DNA of 64,000 nt. Source: Eledone cirrhosa (Eukaryota). Below the pieces are notes generated by a model. It made no database searches. It was not told where the DNA came from and saw only the letters and a list, made by a program, of their open reading frames with translations. The translations under genes were made by a program, and so were the position numbers. Below are positions 1 to 14,310 of the stretch, in pieces (the first letter of the stretch is position 1; every line of letters starts with the position of its first letter). The stretch is taken from the NCBI GenBank assembly GCA_964016885.1, contig OZ024741.1:179428001-179492000 (forward strand). Direction: 5' to 3'.

Positions 1-110
1 TCCTATATGAGCGAGACATGGTCACCCAACCAATCTTGCCTCAAGTGAGAGAATTCCCGTCTAACTCATACTAGCAAGGAAGATAGACGTTAAACAATGA
101 TGATGATGAT
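1..110 (+). mobile_element. RTE LINE 3' terminus (cut by window edge)
   Basis: CCCGTCTAACTCATACTAGCAAGGAAGATAGACGTTAAACAA(TGA)n matches the 3' ends of the RTE copies ending near 7824 and 11790. Confidence 0.85.
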
Positions 111-671
111 ACACAAAAGGCAAAGAAATCACAAAGCAAACGACACAGTACAATGAAGAAATATATTATTAGATTTAAGCTTGATATAGTAGGAACAGAG
201 TCTTAACGTTTCAGGTGCGACTGCTTCATTAGAAAAGAAGAAATTGAGGAGACGGGCTGGGCAGAAACAGAAAAACATTTTTTAGAGAAAAATAACATGT
301 CCATTCATGTTGCCAGCGCTTGGAAAACTGTAGATGCAAGTGTTTGAAAGGGAAAAAAACGTTTTGTATATAGAGCTGTAGGTCTGCGCATGCATATATG
401 TGTGCGTGTGTGTGTACAGAGCTGTGAAGGTACATATAGAGCTGTGTGTGCATTTTTTTGTTGGTCTGTATAGGCTGTAAGAGTTTATGTTTCTGACCAT
501 AACAAAGCCATAGGGAGTGAATGTATGTGCGCATGTGCAACAACGGATGGGGTAAAGGTGACAGTGGCAAGGGATAGAGAAGTAAGGACAACCGTATATG
601 GGTAAGATTAAAGAAATTAGTGAGGGGAGTTGAGTCCATTGGGGAAACTTGTCCCAAAGCAGAAAATCAGA

Positions 672-672
<1 letters not shown>
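111..672 (-). mobile_element. Possible Penelope-like pLTR/3' region with a decayed hammerhead motif
   Basis: Minus strand at 201-235 reads CTAATGA-AG...CT-GAAA-CGT-TA; CA/C-rich composition resembles the Penelope 3' region at 5974-6563; ends at (TA)n. Confidence 0.3.
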
Positions 673-719
<47 letters not shown>

Positions 720-721
<2 letters not shown>

Positions 722-830
722 GATAGAACCAGTTTTAAACTAGTTAAAGCATTACTCAACAAAGTACTCGTTACTTGGGATAGTAGAGTATGGCTATATC
801 ATAAATAGTCAGGCCCCAACTCTTTATTAT
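720..830. mobile_element. Short element end carrying the AAGTACTC...TAGTAGAGT motif, between (TA)n tracts
   Basis: 761-790 AAAGTACTCGTTACTTGGGATAGTAGAGTA resembles 63303-63332 and the reverse complement of 51912-51937. Confidence 0.45.
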
Positions 831-844
831 ATATATCCATATAT

Positions 845-883
845 AACCCATGCTAGTGTGGAAGATGGATGTTAAATAATGAT
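845..883 (+). mobile_element. Very short RTE 3' terminal fragment
   Basis: AACCCATGCTAGTGTGGAAGATGGATGTTAAATAATGAT in TA-rich flank. Confidence 0.7.
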
Positions 884-894
884 ATGTATATATA

Positions 895-1639
895 ACAATG
901 GTAGCACCATTTATCCAGACACAAATATTCGTATAGAGACATCAGATCAATAAGAAGCTGACCATCAATCCCATACTTCTACAGAACCTCCCACAGAAGG
1001 TCCCATGGAATGCAGTCATATGCCTTTTTGAGGTTGACAAAGCTAGAATACACCTCTTGACAGTACTCCCATGATTTTTAAAAGAACTTCCGCAGTGTGA
1101 ATATTTAGTCAACTGTGCTGCATCAGGGGTAAAAAATCACACTGTTCATTAGCTAGCTTGGACTTGACAATCTTCCTACATCTCTTGTCCAAATACTTAG
1201 CATAGACTTTACCAGGGAGGCTTAACAAGGTGATCTCCCTGTAATTGAAGCAATCCCTCTTGTCTCCCTTTCCAGAGATCAGGGCCACCCAGCACACTTG
1301 AGTCAGCCAAAGAATAACTTTCTCTATTTAAGGCTTTTAACATCTCGGACTGGATTTCATCCTCACTGGCGGCCTTACCACATTTGAGCATTTTAATTTC
1401 TCTTCTGACTTGAGCCTCTGAGAGATTATTCACCACTCCCAGATGTACTTTGTGTACATCAGTAGATGCTGTTTTGATGATTTAGGGGATCAGCAATTTA
1501 TTCTCTCCACCTCGTGAAAATGCACCTCTCTGAAGATAAGAGAACCCCAGATGTGTTCCTTATAGAATGTGTAGAGGAGGACTTCTTATTACAAAGTTGG
1601 CCGATTGTCTGCCAGAACACTTTATTTGCTGATCTAAAG

Positions 1640-1676
<37 letters not shown>

Positions 1677-2045
1677 TTAACGTCTATCTTCCACGCTAGC
1701 ATGGGTTTAGATGGGAATTGTCCCGCTTGAGGCAAGATTTGTCGTCTCGCTTGTATCCATGTCTTAACTTTGGACGCCTTTACTGTCTCTGCTCCAATTC
1801 TTTATGTCAGCTTGTACTGCAAGTGCAAGAAGGAGAACTTATTTCCAAACCAAGCTTTGTAGGCTTCCTTCTTTGTTCAGATGAGATCTTTGACTTCTTA
1901 ATTGAACGAAGGGATGGTCATGCCATCTGGGACCACACAAAGCCTCATTCGCCCACAGCATGTAACAGCTGAGGCAGAAACTGCTGAGCTGAACAATCTC
2001 CACTCTATTTCAACGTCCTCTGTTTGTTCAGTGGAGGCCTTCTGT
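895..2045 (-). mobile_element. Old RTE-clade LINE fragment of a different family from the PHD-bearing RTEs; linker plus N-terminal RT
   Basis: Minus-strand translation gives DFRSANKVFWQTI, LKCGKAASEDEIQSEMLKAL, NYREITLLSLPGKVYAK, EQCDF, FVNLKKAYDCIPWDLLWEVL, with many stops and frameshifts. Confidence 0.85.
1640..1741 (-). mobile_element. Younger RTE 3' end nested in the old RTE
   Basis: (CAT)n TTAACGTCTATCTTCCACGCTAGCATGGGTTTAGATGGG...GAGGCAAGA interrupts the older reading frame. Confidence 0.85.
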
Positions 2046-2224
2046 TGATGACTTTTTTTACCAACAAGATGAAAGATTCTTCACCAATGGTATCCAAGTA
2101 CTGCAACATGGATGAAAGAAGTGTCTGGACTGCAAGGGGTACTATGATGAAAAATAAACCTCATTTGGTCACATTCCATGAGAGTATCTTGGTCAGCCTA
2201 TGAACTTTTCAGCTGACCCTCGTA
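2046..2224 (+). mobile_element. mariner 3' remnant (transposase C-terminus plus right TIR)
   Basis: QQDERFFTNGIQVLQHG*KKCLDCKGYYDEK* resembles the mariner C-terminus; ends GAACTTTTCAGCTGACCCTCG-TA (reverse complement TACGAGGGTCAGCTGAAAAGTTC). Confidence 0.8.
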
Positions 2225-2970
2225 TGTGTGAATGTGTTTATGTATATACACAAATACACACACACACACACACACACACCTATTCAGATCAGGTGCTTGG
2301 GTAATTATGTTATATATATATATATATCTATATATATACACAGCATAGAAAATAGATGTTAAACGATGATGATGATGATGATACATACCTAAATTTTAAG
2401 GTGTGTGATATTCTATCATGTTAATCACTGAACCAGGTAGAAACAACGAGGGGATTGTTTACTGCTTTTATGACATAATAGTAAAGAAAAAATACAATGA
2501 CTGGAAACCTGGTTTCTGTGTTAGTAGCACGATGATCTTATACAGTATTCATCTATAATCACTACATAGAATTACTCAGAGAAAGCAAGTAATTATTTGA
2601 TCTGCTAGAATTAGCAGCAAAATTACATCATATTTTATTTTTTCAATTTTTTAAATAAGCATACGAATAACATTATATAACATTGTCCTAGATAATATAG
2701 TCCTAGATACATAAAAAGATGGACTAGACATGACTGGAATATCTTTAATCAAAGGTCTGCTTGATCAAGGTTGACCGAGGGCTAAACTAAAATAATAGCT
2801 GCAGCAGCAAATTCTCCTTCAAATCATATTCTACTGACTTAACTTTTAACATCCTGTACTGATTTAGCCAAAAATATATATAAAAATTGGTTTGTTAATT
2901 CATATTTAGCTTTATTAGAGGACAGATTGTTGTGAAAATTGATAGTATTAGAGTAAACACTTCAACTTTT

Positions 2971-3250
2971 GAATGGGTCTACTCTGAGTATGTGCCTGTA
3001 AATTGAAGGTGGAAAATTGGGAGAGGGCATTTGCCCTGGTGGTCAGGGTCACCAAGGCTTTTTTAATGGGCTTTCTCCGCAATGGTCCTCGGAAGTCTCC
3101 CCCTATTGAGGAATTTTTTCATTGTTTCTTTTTATTACATCCTCTGTTTTTGTTTTTTTTACATGCAGAAATGCTCATTTGTACTGTCCTGTATTGTCCT
3201 TAATGTCTTACTTTGTGTAAACCCTTATGGTTAATAAAGAAAGCATTATT
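2971..3250 (+). mobile_element. 5'-truncated Tx1-clade 3' end
   Basis: Aligns by eye to 17689-17975 (ORF2 end plus 3' UTR, AATAAAGAAAGCATTATT). Confidence 0.9.
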
Positions 3251-3466
3251 TGGCAGTATCAATAGAGTGTCAGAAAATATGTGTTACAGTATTTAGTTAC
3301 AATTCTCTATGTTCTGAATTCAAATCCCATTCAGGCCAACTTTGCCTTTCATTCTTCTGGGGTCGATAAAAGGAAGTTCCAGTAAAATACTGAGGTTGAT
3401 ACAATTGACTTGCATCTCCCCACAAATTGCTGTACACATGCCTAAATTAGAAATCATTATTATTAT
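3251..3466 (+). mobile_element. tRNA-derived Nin-domain SINE
   Basis: TGGCAG head, TTCAAATCC B-box-like motif, CTTTGCCTTTCAT..GGGGTCGATAAA core, TAGAAATC(ATT)n tail. Confidence 0.8.
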
Positions 3467-3484
3467 CATTATTGCTGTTGGATT

Positions 3485-3705
3485 GATGGTGGATTGGCAG
3501 AATCACTAGAGCGTTGGACAACATGCTTAGCAGTATAGAGTTATGGCTCTTTACGTTCTGAGTTCAAATCCCACCAAGATTAGTTTTGCCTTCCATCCTT
3601 ACGGGGTCGATAAATAAAGCAACAGTAATGCACTGGGCTCAATTTAATCGACTTTCCCATACCCTTCAAATTGCTGGCCTCGTGCCTAAAGTAGAAATAA
3701 TTATT
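3485..3705 (+). mobile_element. tRNA-derived Nin-domain SINE
   Basis: GGTGGATTGGCAGAATC...GAGTTCAAATCCC...CCTTCCATCCTTACGGGGTCGATAAA...GTAGAAATAATTATT. Confidence 0.85.
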
Positions 3706-3821
3706 AGTGTTGTTGATGTTATTATTATACATTTATTATGTCTAAGTGGTGACCCTTCTAACTCTGAAGTTTCACCTAAATATTCACAGGAACATATGTA
3801 TATACATATATATATATATAT

Positions 3822-5382
3822 ATCATCATCATCATCATCATCAACGTTTAACGTCCGTGTTCCACGCTTGCATGGGTTTGGACGGGGGTTTTCCCACTTG
3901 AGGCAAGAGTGATTATCTTGCTCGCATAGGACTATCTGGCAGGTTTTCTACAGCTGGATGCCCTTCCTAACACCAACCACATTTACAGTGTGGGGCTGGG
4001 AGGTTTTTACCGTGTTGCCTACACGGCCACATTACAGCATGAACTGTGTGTTTTTTTTACGTGACACCTACACAATCTCATTTGTTTCGGCCTGGATGTT
4101 GTGGCACCAACATAACTTTACATTGAAAGGGGTGGTGTAGTAGGTTTTACTTTGTATTTAGGTAAGGCGGGTCTTCTCTATTACTGAGTACCGCCAAAGG
4201 TCTCGGTCCAGTGACATTGTCTTGGTGAGGTGTAAGTGTGTGAGGTCGGAATTTATCAGCTCGTCCCAGGTTTTTCTGGGTCTGCCTATTCCGTGACTAC
4301 CGTCTATCTTTATTGCCATGCACTTTGTTATACAGCTATCGTCCTTCATGCGCATCACGTGACCATACCAACGTAGCCTTCTCTCGAGTAAACAACATCT
4401 GATCCCTCTTATTTCTAATTTTTTCCTTAGTTCGTTTATGCTTTGCCGTTCACGTATATTACTATTACACATCCAGCGGAGCATGCAAGCTTCGTTTCTC
4501 TCTAGTCTGCGTATATCCTCTGCACACAATGCCCAGGTCTCACTGCCATGCAACATTGTTGTTCGTATGCAGGCATCATACAACCTGCCTTTCATTTTTT
4601 TAGGGAGAACCCTTTAGTGGCTAATAGTGGTATAAGCTCTCTGAACTTTTTGCATCCAGTTCTGACTCTAGCTACTGTACTTTCAGAGCACCCTCCCCCA
4701 CTGCTGATTTTGTCACCCAGGTAACGGAAGCTGTCCACTATTTCTATAGAACCCTCTGCGCAGTTGAAAGAGCTAGTATTTGTGGGCACTTGCTGCTACT
4801 TATTGCACCAGAGCACCGGCCACATGTAAAATCTATGTTCTTAGTTAGCTTACCTGTGATCCCACTACATCTTTTATGCACCCATACTTTGCATTTGGGA
4901 CACAAAATGGAGTTTCTACCTACGCCTTTCCTACACACTGAGCATGGCCACTTCCCAGAAGGGACCGCCGCCTTATTTTCTTTCTTACAAACTAGAACTT
5001 TAGTCTTAGCCAGGTTAATTTTAAGGCCTTTTGATTCTAGGCCGTGCTTCCATGTTTGGAATTTCTTCTCTAGCCCAGCCATTGATTCAGCTATGAGTGT
5101 TAGATCATCTGCGTATAGGAGTTCCCATGGGCAACCGGTCTTGAACTCCTCTGTTATAGCCTGAAGGGCAATAATAAATAGTAGGGTGCTGAGAACAGAG
5201 CCCTGATGGACGCCAACTTTTACGCTAAACTCTTCACTATATTCGTTGTTAATTCTAACCTTGCTGACTGTTTCTTTATACATGGCTTGTATAGCTCTCA
5301 CAAGCCATTCATCAACACCTAGTTTTCTAAGGGCCCACCAGATAATGGAACGGAGGACTCTGTCGAAGGCTTTCTCCAAGTC
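3822..5382 (-). mobile_element. 5'-truncated RTE LINE (RT, PHD-like finger, C-terminus, 3' UTR)
   Basis: DLEKAFDRV, GVHQGSVLS, LLYADDL, CSVC..CPKC..HKRC..CGRC, FRYLG, RRLRWYGHVMR; two frameshifts (~4595, ~4785); (GAT)n tail; close to 10207-11790. Confidence 0.97.
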
Positions 5383-5973
5383 GATGCCACACATTTCCTG
5401 GAAGTACTCAAACTGAACGGATACACGACATCCACCACAAACCGTGCCAGAAAGAACAGAGGACACCACACCCGAGGCACTAACACTTGCTTCCTGAAGC
5501 TCCCACACTTCAGTGAAGAAACAACAACAGCCATCCGCAGAACCATCAGACGAGAGGGACTGGATATCCATCTGGCCCACTCGGGCCCTTCTTTGCGCGG
5601 ACGGCTGGCTAAGAGACACTCCACCAGACATGACAACTGCTGCAGACTAGCCAACTGCCCCATCAACGACACAGACCTATGCCACCAGGCTTACGTAGTT
5701 TACAGACTAGAGTGTGACAAATGCAACAACTTCTACGTAGGTAGCACCACCAGACCACTCCACATAAGAATAAAAGAACACCTCAATACTAACGCTTCCT
5801 CATTTAAGAAACACCTAGTTAAATGCAAAAACACCGATAAAAACATAACAGTTAGGATAGAAACTAAGGAAAGAAACCTCGGCAATCTTAGAATTAAGGA
5901 AGCACTTATTATAGATAGAACACATCCACCAATCAATAATAGACTAGAGCTCAACACCCAATTTATAACCTGA
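5383..5973 (+). pseudogene. Penelope-like element ORF, 5'-truncated: RT thumb/linker plus C-terminal GIY-YIG endonuclease
   Basis: Frame open from 5383: LKLNGY, FLKLPH, Cys-rich linker CCRLANC..C, VVYRLECDKCNNFYVGSTTRPLHIRIKEH, LRIKEALII, PPINNRLE, stop at 5973. Confidence 0.9.
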
Positions 5974-6561
5974 TAGGGCCTCTAGCCCCAATTTTACACA
6001 CCCCACACACACGCACGCGCACACCTCCACTTATTCTCTCCCACACATACACACACAAAACCAGTTCTAACACCAGATAACACCTACCCCCCACTTTTAC
6101 GATTAGACCTATCTTCCCACACTCACACACACACACTCACATACCTACACCTTCATGCATTCTCCCACACACATATACAGGCACGTATATAAAATTTAAA
6201 AAAAAAAAAAAAAAAAAACCTAACATAACCCCTATTAAAGGGAGACTACTCTTTATCCACCTAATTTTAATTCTTTGATATTAGAGTTAGAACAGATACT
6301 CTATACTATTTCCGGTCAGCATGGCTTGACTAGGGATTTAAAGACGCTGGTTTGAGACCTTTACTTCCCTCCGAAGAAGAGATATTATCTCGAAAATTAA
6401 GGACATTTAAATAAATTCAAGGTGAAAGACGAATTCACATCAATATCTTTCACTATTGCATTCTTTTTTCTATGTCCATACCTGCATTGTCTTGGCCTTA
6501 TTACACATATTCAAACGTTTATACCTCATTACACAATGCTTCAAGTGAACTATAACCTCCT

Positions 6562-6563
<2 letters not shown>
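5974..6563 (+). mobile_element. Penelope-like 3' UTR/pseudo-LTR
   Basis: Follows the GIY-YIG stop; contains a hammerhead-like motif and AATAAA (6410-6415); ends at (TA)n. Confidence 0.65.
6368..6402 (+). ncRNA. Minimal hammerhead-like motif with variant core CCGAAGA
   Basis: CCT-CCGAAGA-A-GAGAT att ATCTC-GAAA-AT-TA-AGG, at the position expected in a Penelope pLTR. Confidence 0.5.
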
Positions 6564-6606
<43 letters not shown>

Positions 6607-6630
6607 ATATACATATATATATATATATAT

Positions 6631-7824
6631 ATTCCAAACTTGGAAGCAGGGACTAGAAAGAAAGGGTCTCAAAGTCAACATGACAAAGACTAAGGTCCTT
6701 GTAAGTAGACGAGAAAACAGAACCCAGATCCCCTCAGGGAAATGGCCTTGCTCAGTATGTAGGAAAGGTGTAGGTAGGAACTACATTCTCTGCCCCAAAT
6801 GCAAACAATGGGTACACAAGAGATGTAACGGGATCTCAGGAAGCTTAATTAAGAATGTAGGCTTCACATGCAACAGCTGTACTGGGACAGCAAGCAGCAA
6901 ACAGCCACAGGAAACAAGTACCACCAATCTCTGGGAGGGCTCTGTAGAGACAGTAGACAGCTTCTGCTACCTAGGTGACCGAATTAGCAGCGGAGGTGGG
7001 TGTTCAGAAAGTACAATAACTAGGGTAAGAACGGGATGGAAAAAGTTCAGGGAACTACTACCACTGCTAGCTGCAAAAGGCTTCTCCCTCAAAATGAAAG
7101 GCAGACTGTATGATGCGTGTATCCGAACAGCAATGTTACATGGTAGTGAGACCTGGGCGCTGAAGGTGGAAGACTTACGTAGATTAGAGAGAAACGAAGC
7201 CTGCATGCTCCGATGGATGTGTAATAGTAATATACAAAGCATAAATGAATTGAGAAAGAGACTGAGCATAAGAGGAATCAAATGGTGTGTGCAGGAGAGG
7301 CGGTTGCGTTGGTATGGACATGTGATGCGTATGAAGGATGACAGCTGCATAAAAAGGTGCAGAGCACTAGAAGTCGATGGAAACCGTGTAGTGGGGAGAC
7401 CCAAGATGACCTAGGATGAGGTGATAAAAGCCGACCTTACCCAATTAGACCTCTCAAAGGCAATGACACACGACCGTGACCTCTGGCGTCATGCAGTAAT
7501 ACAGAGTACCCGACCTCCCATGGGTACAAGCTGAAGCATATAGACAATATGCCCCCACCCCCTCCCACTGAAAAGTGGTCGTGGAGGTGCCACGGCAAAA
7601 AAGCGCCCAGCCCACACTGTAAAGTGGACGTGTAGGCGCCACGAAAAAGCACCCAGCACTCACTGTAAATGAGGTTGGTGTTAGGAAGGGCATCCAGCTG
7701 TAGAAATCAAGCCAAATCAGTTCCCGTCCCACCCTTGCAGCCGACCAGACACTGCCCACAACAGGACAACCCGTCTAACCCATGCTAGCGTGGAAGAACG
7801 GACGTAAAACGGTGATGATGGTGA
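6631..7824 (+). mobile_element. 5'-truncated RTE LINE, sister subfamily
   Basis: FQTWKQGLERKGLKVNMTKTKV, PHD-like finger in frame with FCYLG and RRLRWYGHVMR; premature TAG at 7412-7414; 3' UTR and (GAT)n-like tail; (TA)n on both sides. Confidence 0.95.
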
Positions 7825-11959
<4,135 letters not shown>

Positions 11960-11964
<5 letters not shown>

Positions 11965-12655
11965 TATGTATACGTACATACATATATGTATACAGACGTA
12001 CAGTAGTATGTATATATATATATACATACATGCACACATATATACATGTACGTATGGTTTCACCGAACATTTATTATAATGCTCGGTGTGTTTGTAAACA
12101 AATATCCCGAATTAAGCCGTACAGTGTCTAGCAACCATCGTTGCTCATTTGCTCAACACTGACAAAGGAATGCTGTACTAGTTTCAAGCTTATTAGCTAT
12201 CGTCAGCAACGTATACCTTCATGCAAGATGATTAAACGTCTGAAAGTATACACTTTCCTTATGTATATTAACGGCTGAGCAGCCTAATTTTCATATCGAG
12301 TGAGTTAATCGGCCGAGGTACCGAAAACTATAAACGGAAAAAATGAAACGAAATTTCATTTCTCACTCTTAGTACGGCTGTTACTTAAATATAAGTATGT
12401 ATACGTACATACATATATGTATACAGACGTACAGTAGTATGTATATATATATACATACATGCACACATATATACATGTACGTATGGATTCACCGAACATT
12501 TATTATAATGCTCGGTGTGTTTGTAAACAAACATCCCGAATTAAGCCGTACAGTGTCTAGCAACCATCGTTGCTCATTTGTTCAACACTGACAAAGGAAC
12601 GCTGTACTAGTTTCAAGCTTATTAGCTATCGTCAGCAACGTATACCTTCCTGCCA
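11960..12655 (+). repeat. ~260 bp direct repeat (11960-12225 and 12391-12655) at the 5' end of the Tx1 element
   Basis: TAAGTATGTATACGTAC...GTCAGCAACGTATACCTTC occurs twice about 430 bp apart with few substitutions. Confidence 0.95.
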
Positions 12656-12656
12656 G

Positions 12657-12687
<31 letters not shown>

Positions 12688-14246
12688 GAAAGAAAAACCA
12701 ATCGCGTTTGCAGGTATCGCAAAGAACCTGGAAACCATCCTTATAACAAATGAGGAATTACAGGAAGCAAAGATGGTGACGAAAATCGGACACCGAGCAA
12801 TCTGCAAGGCAGCCGAAAAATTTTTCGAAACCCAACAGCATTGTACGGTCACGTACCGTACAGTAAGCACAAAATCCCGTAGGGTTGAAAGAGCCACAGA
12901 GGCTCAAATACAAAAAGCCTTAGGGTCTGTGTGGCAGCGGAAAACGCATATCACCCGAGGCAAGAAATATGCCACCGTGGACGTGCTTTTTGCCACACCC
13001 CAGGAGGCAAAGGCTCAATCCTTAGTGACCCTAAGGAGCGGGGAAATGGTGTTGGTGCCCTCCTATTGCGGACAAAAAATTGTCATGGTCAAACTGACCC
13101 ACGTCTGTCCTCGTCGGAATCGAGGACAAAACAACTGTACTGCAAGTACAGAAAAAAGTACAAAAAGATTGGGTCGGCACCTCCATTGAGATGTTAATCG
13201 AAACCAACCAGGAGTGCATCGAAGCTATCCTGGATGTGATAGACTTCGATAACGGCACTCAACTGCCCATAAGTGTTGAGGGCAAACGCCCGAAATGCTT
13301 TCGCTGTGGATCGAAGACTCACTTCAGGGCCTTCTGCAATGAGAAGACCCTGAGAAAGGAGAAAATCCCCCTCCTTCCGAAACCGGCTCCACTGTTACCA
13401 GCAACAGGACAGGCGGCAACCAGGAGGGATAGGTCCATGGCACCCATGCCACGGAAATCAAGAACAGCAGCAGCAGTGGAAGTATTAACAACAACAACAG
13501 CAATACCAACTGCAGCTGCAACAGAGACTCCACTGCAAACATCACCAACAACAACAAGTGAAAGAGTGGAGCTGGTACCCCTCCCCGAACTCACAGAATC
13601 GGACATGGAGTGTGAGGTGGGAGAGGAATGGCAAAAGGTCGCAAGAAGGCACAAACGCAGAAGCAGCGCATCGTCGCCTTCGAAAAGGGAGGAAAGAAAT
13701 GAAAAAAGGTAAAAGGCTACTGCAAAGAGACTTACAGCAGCATCACCACCAACACCATCACCACCCACACTAGCACCACCATCACCACCGGCGGCAACCC
13801 CACCGCAAACAACAACAACACTTTCAACACCACCACCACCACCACAAGCACCAACATCGCAAACACAACAAAACACACACACCCAGCAACAACGACAAGA
13901 AAATAGCAGAACCACACCCCACCTCCAGAAAAACAAATGCACAGCAATAATACACACAACAAGAAACTAATGACTTACATAATTGAACACAGACATTTCA
14001 CAGCACGACTACATAATACTAGCACCAATCAAAACACCAACGAACATAAGACTGGTAAGAATAGCACAGAAGCAATACACAAACAATAAAACGAAATTCC
14101 CCAACGCAGTTGGTGATTTCAGAGACCTAGGAGGGACACTCAACCGGAGTGTATATTCGGATATACTCACAGAAGAGCCGACGACCAGCCGAAGGGACGA
14201 TTCAACGGTCCCTTCACCAGACGATCAAGTGAAAAGAGATGGATAA
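12650..14246 (+). pseudogene. Tx1 ORF1 (gag-like nucleic-acid-binding protein), disrupted
   Basis: Frame open from 12650 (CTG; ATG in the upstream repeat copy); frameshift near 13110; CFRCGSKTHFRAFC = CX2CX4HX4C; low-complexity P/T/N tail with stops at 13710 and ~13904. Confidence 0.8.
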
Positions 14247-14310
14247 ACCATCCTTCCTCTACAAGAAATAAGGTAAGTGGTCTTTCCCATCTTTTCCACT
14301 CCATTTCAAC

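Noticed and set aside
4744-5631. 295 aa ORF with a novel N-terminus fused to RT
   Set aside because: The N-terminal part is the antisense strand of the Penelope fragment read across the 5382/5383 junction, not a real fusion gene.
6422-6630. Hydrophobic N-terminal extension of the 330 aa RTE ORF
   Set aside because: Chance read-through from Penelope 3' sequence and (TA)n into a 5'-truncated RTE.
13319-13957. 212 aa Val/Gly-rich minus-strand ORF and other antisense ORFs in the LINEs
   Set aside because: Antisense shadows of TE coding or low-complexity sequence with no motifs of their own.
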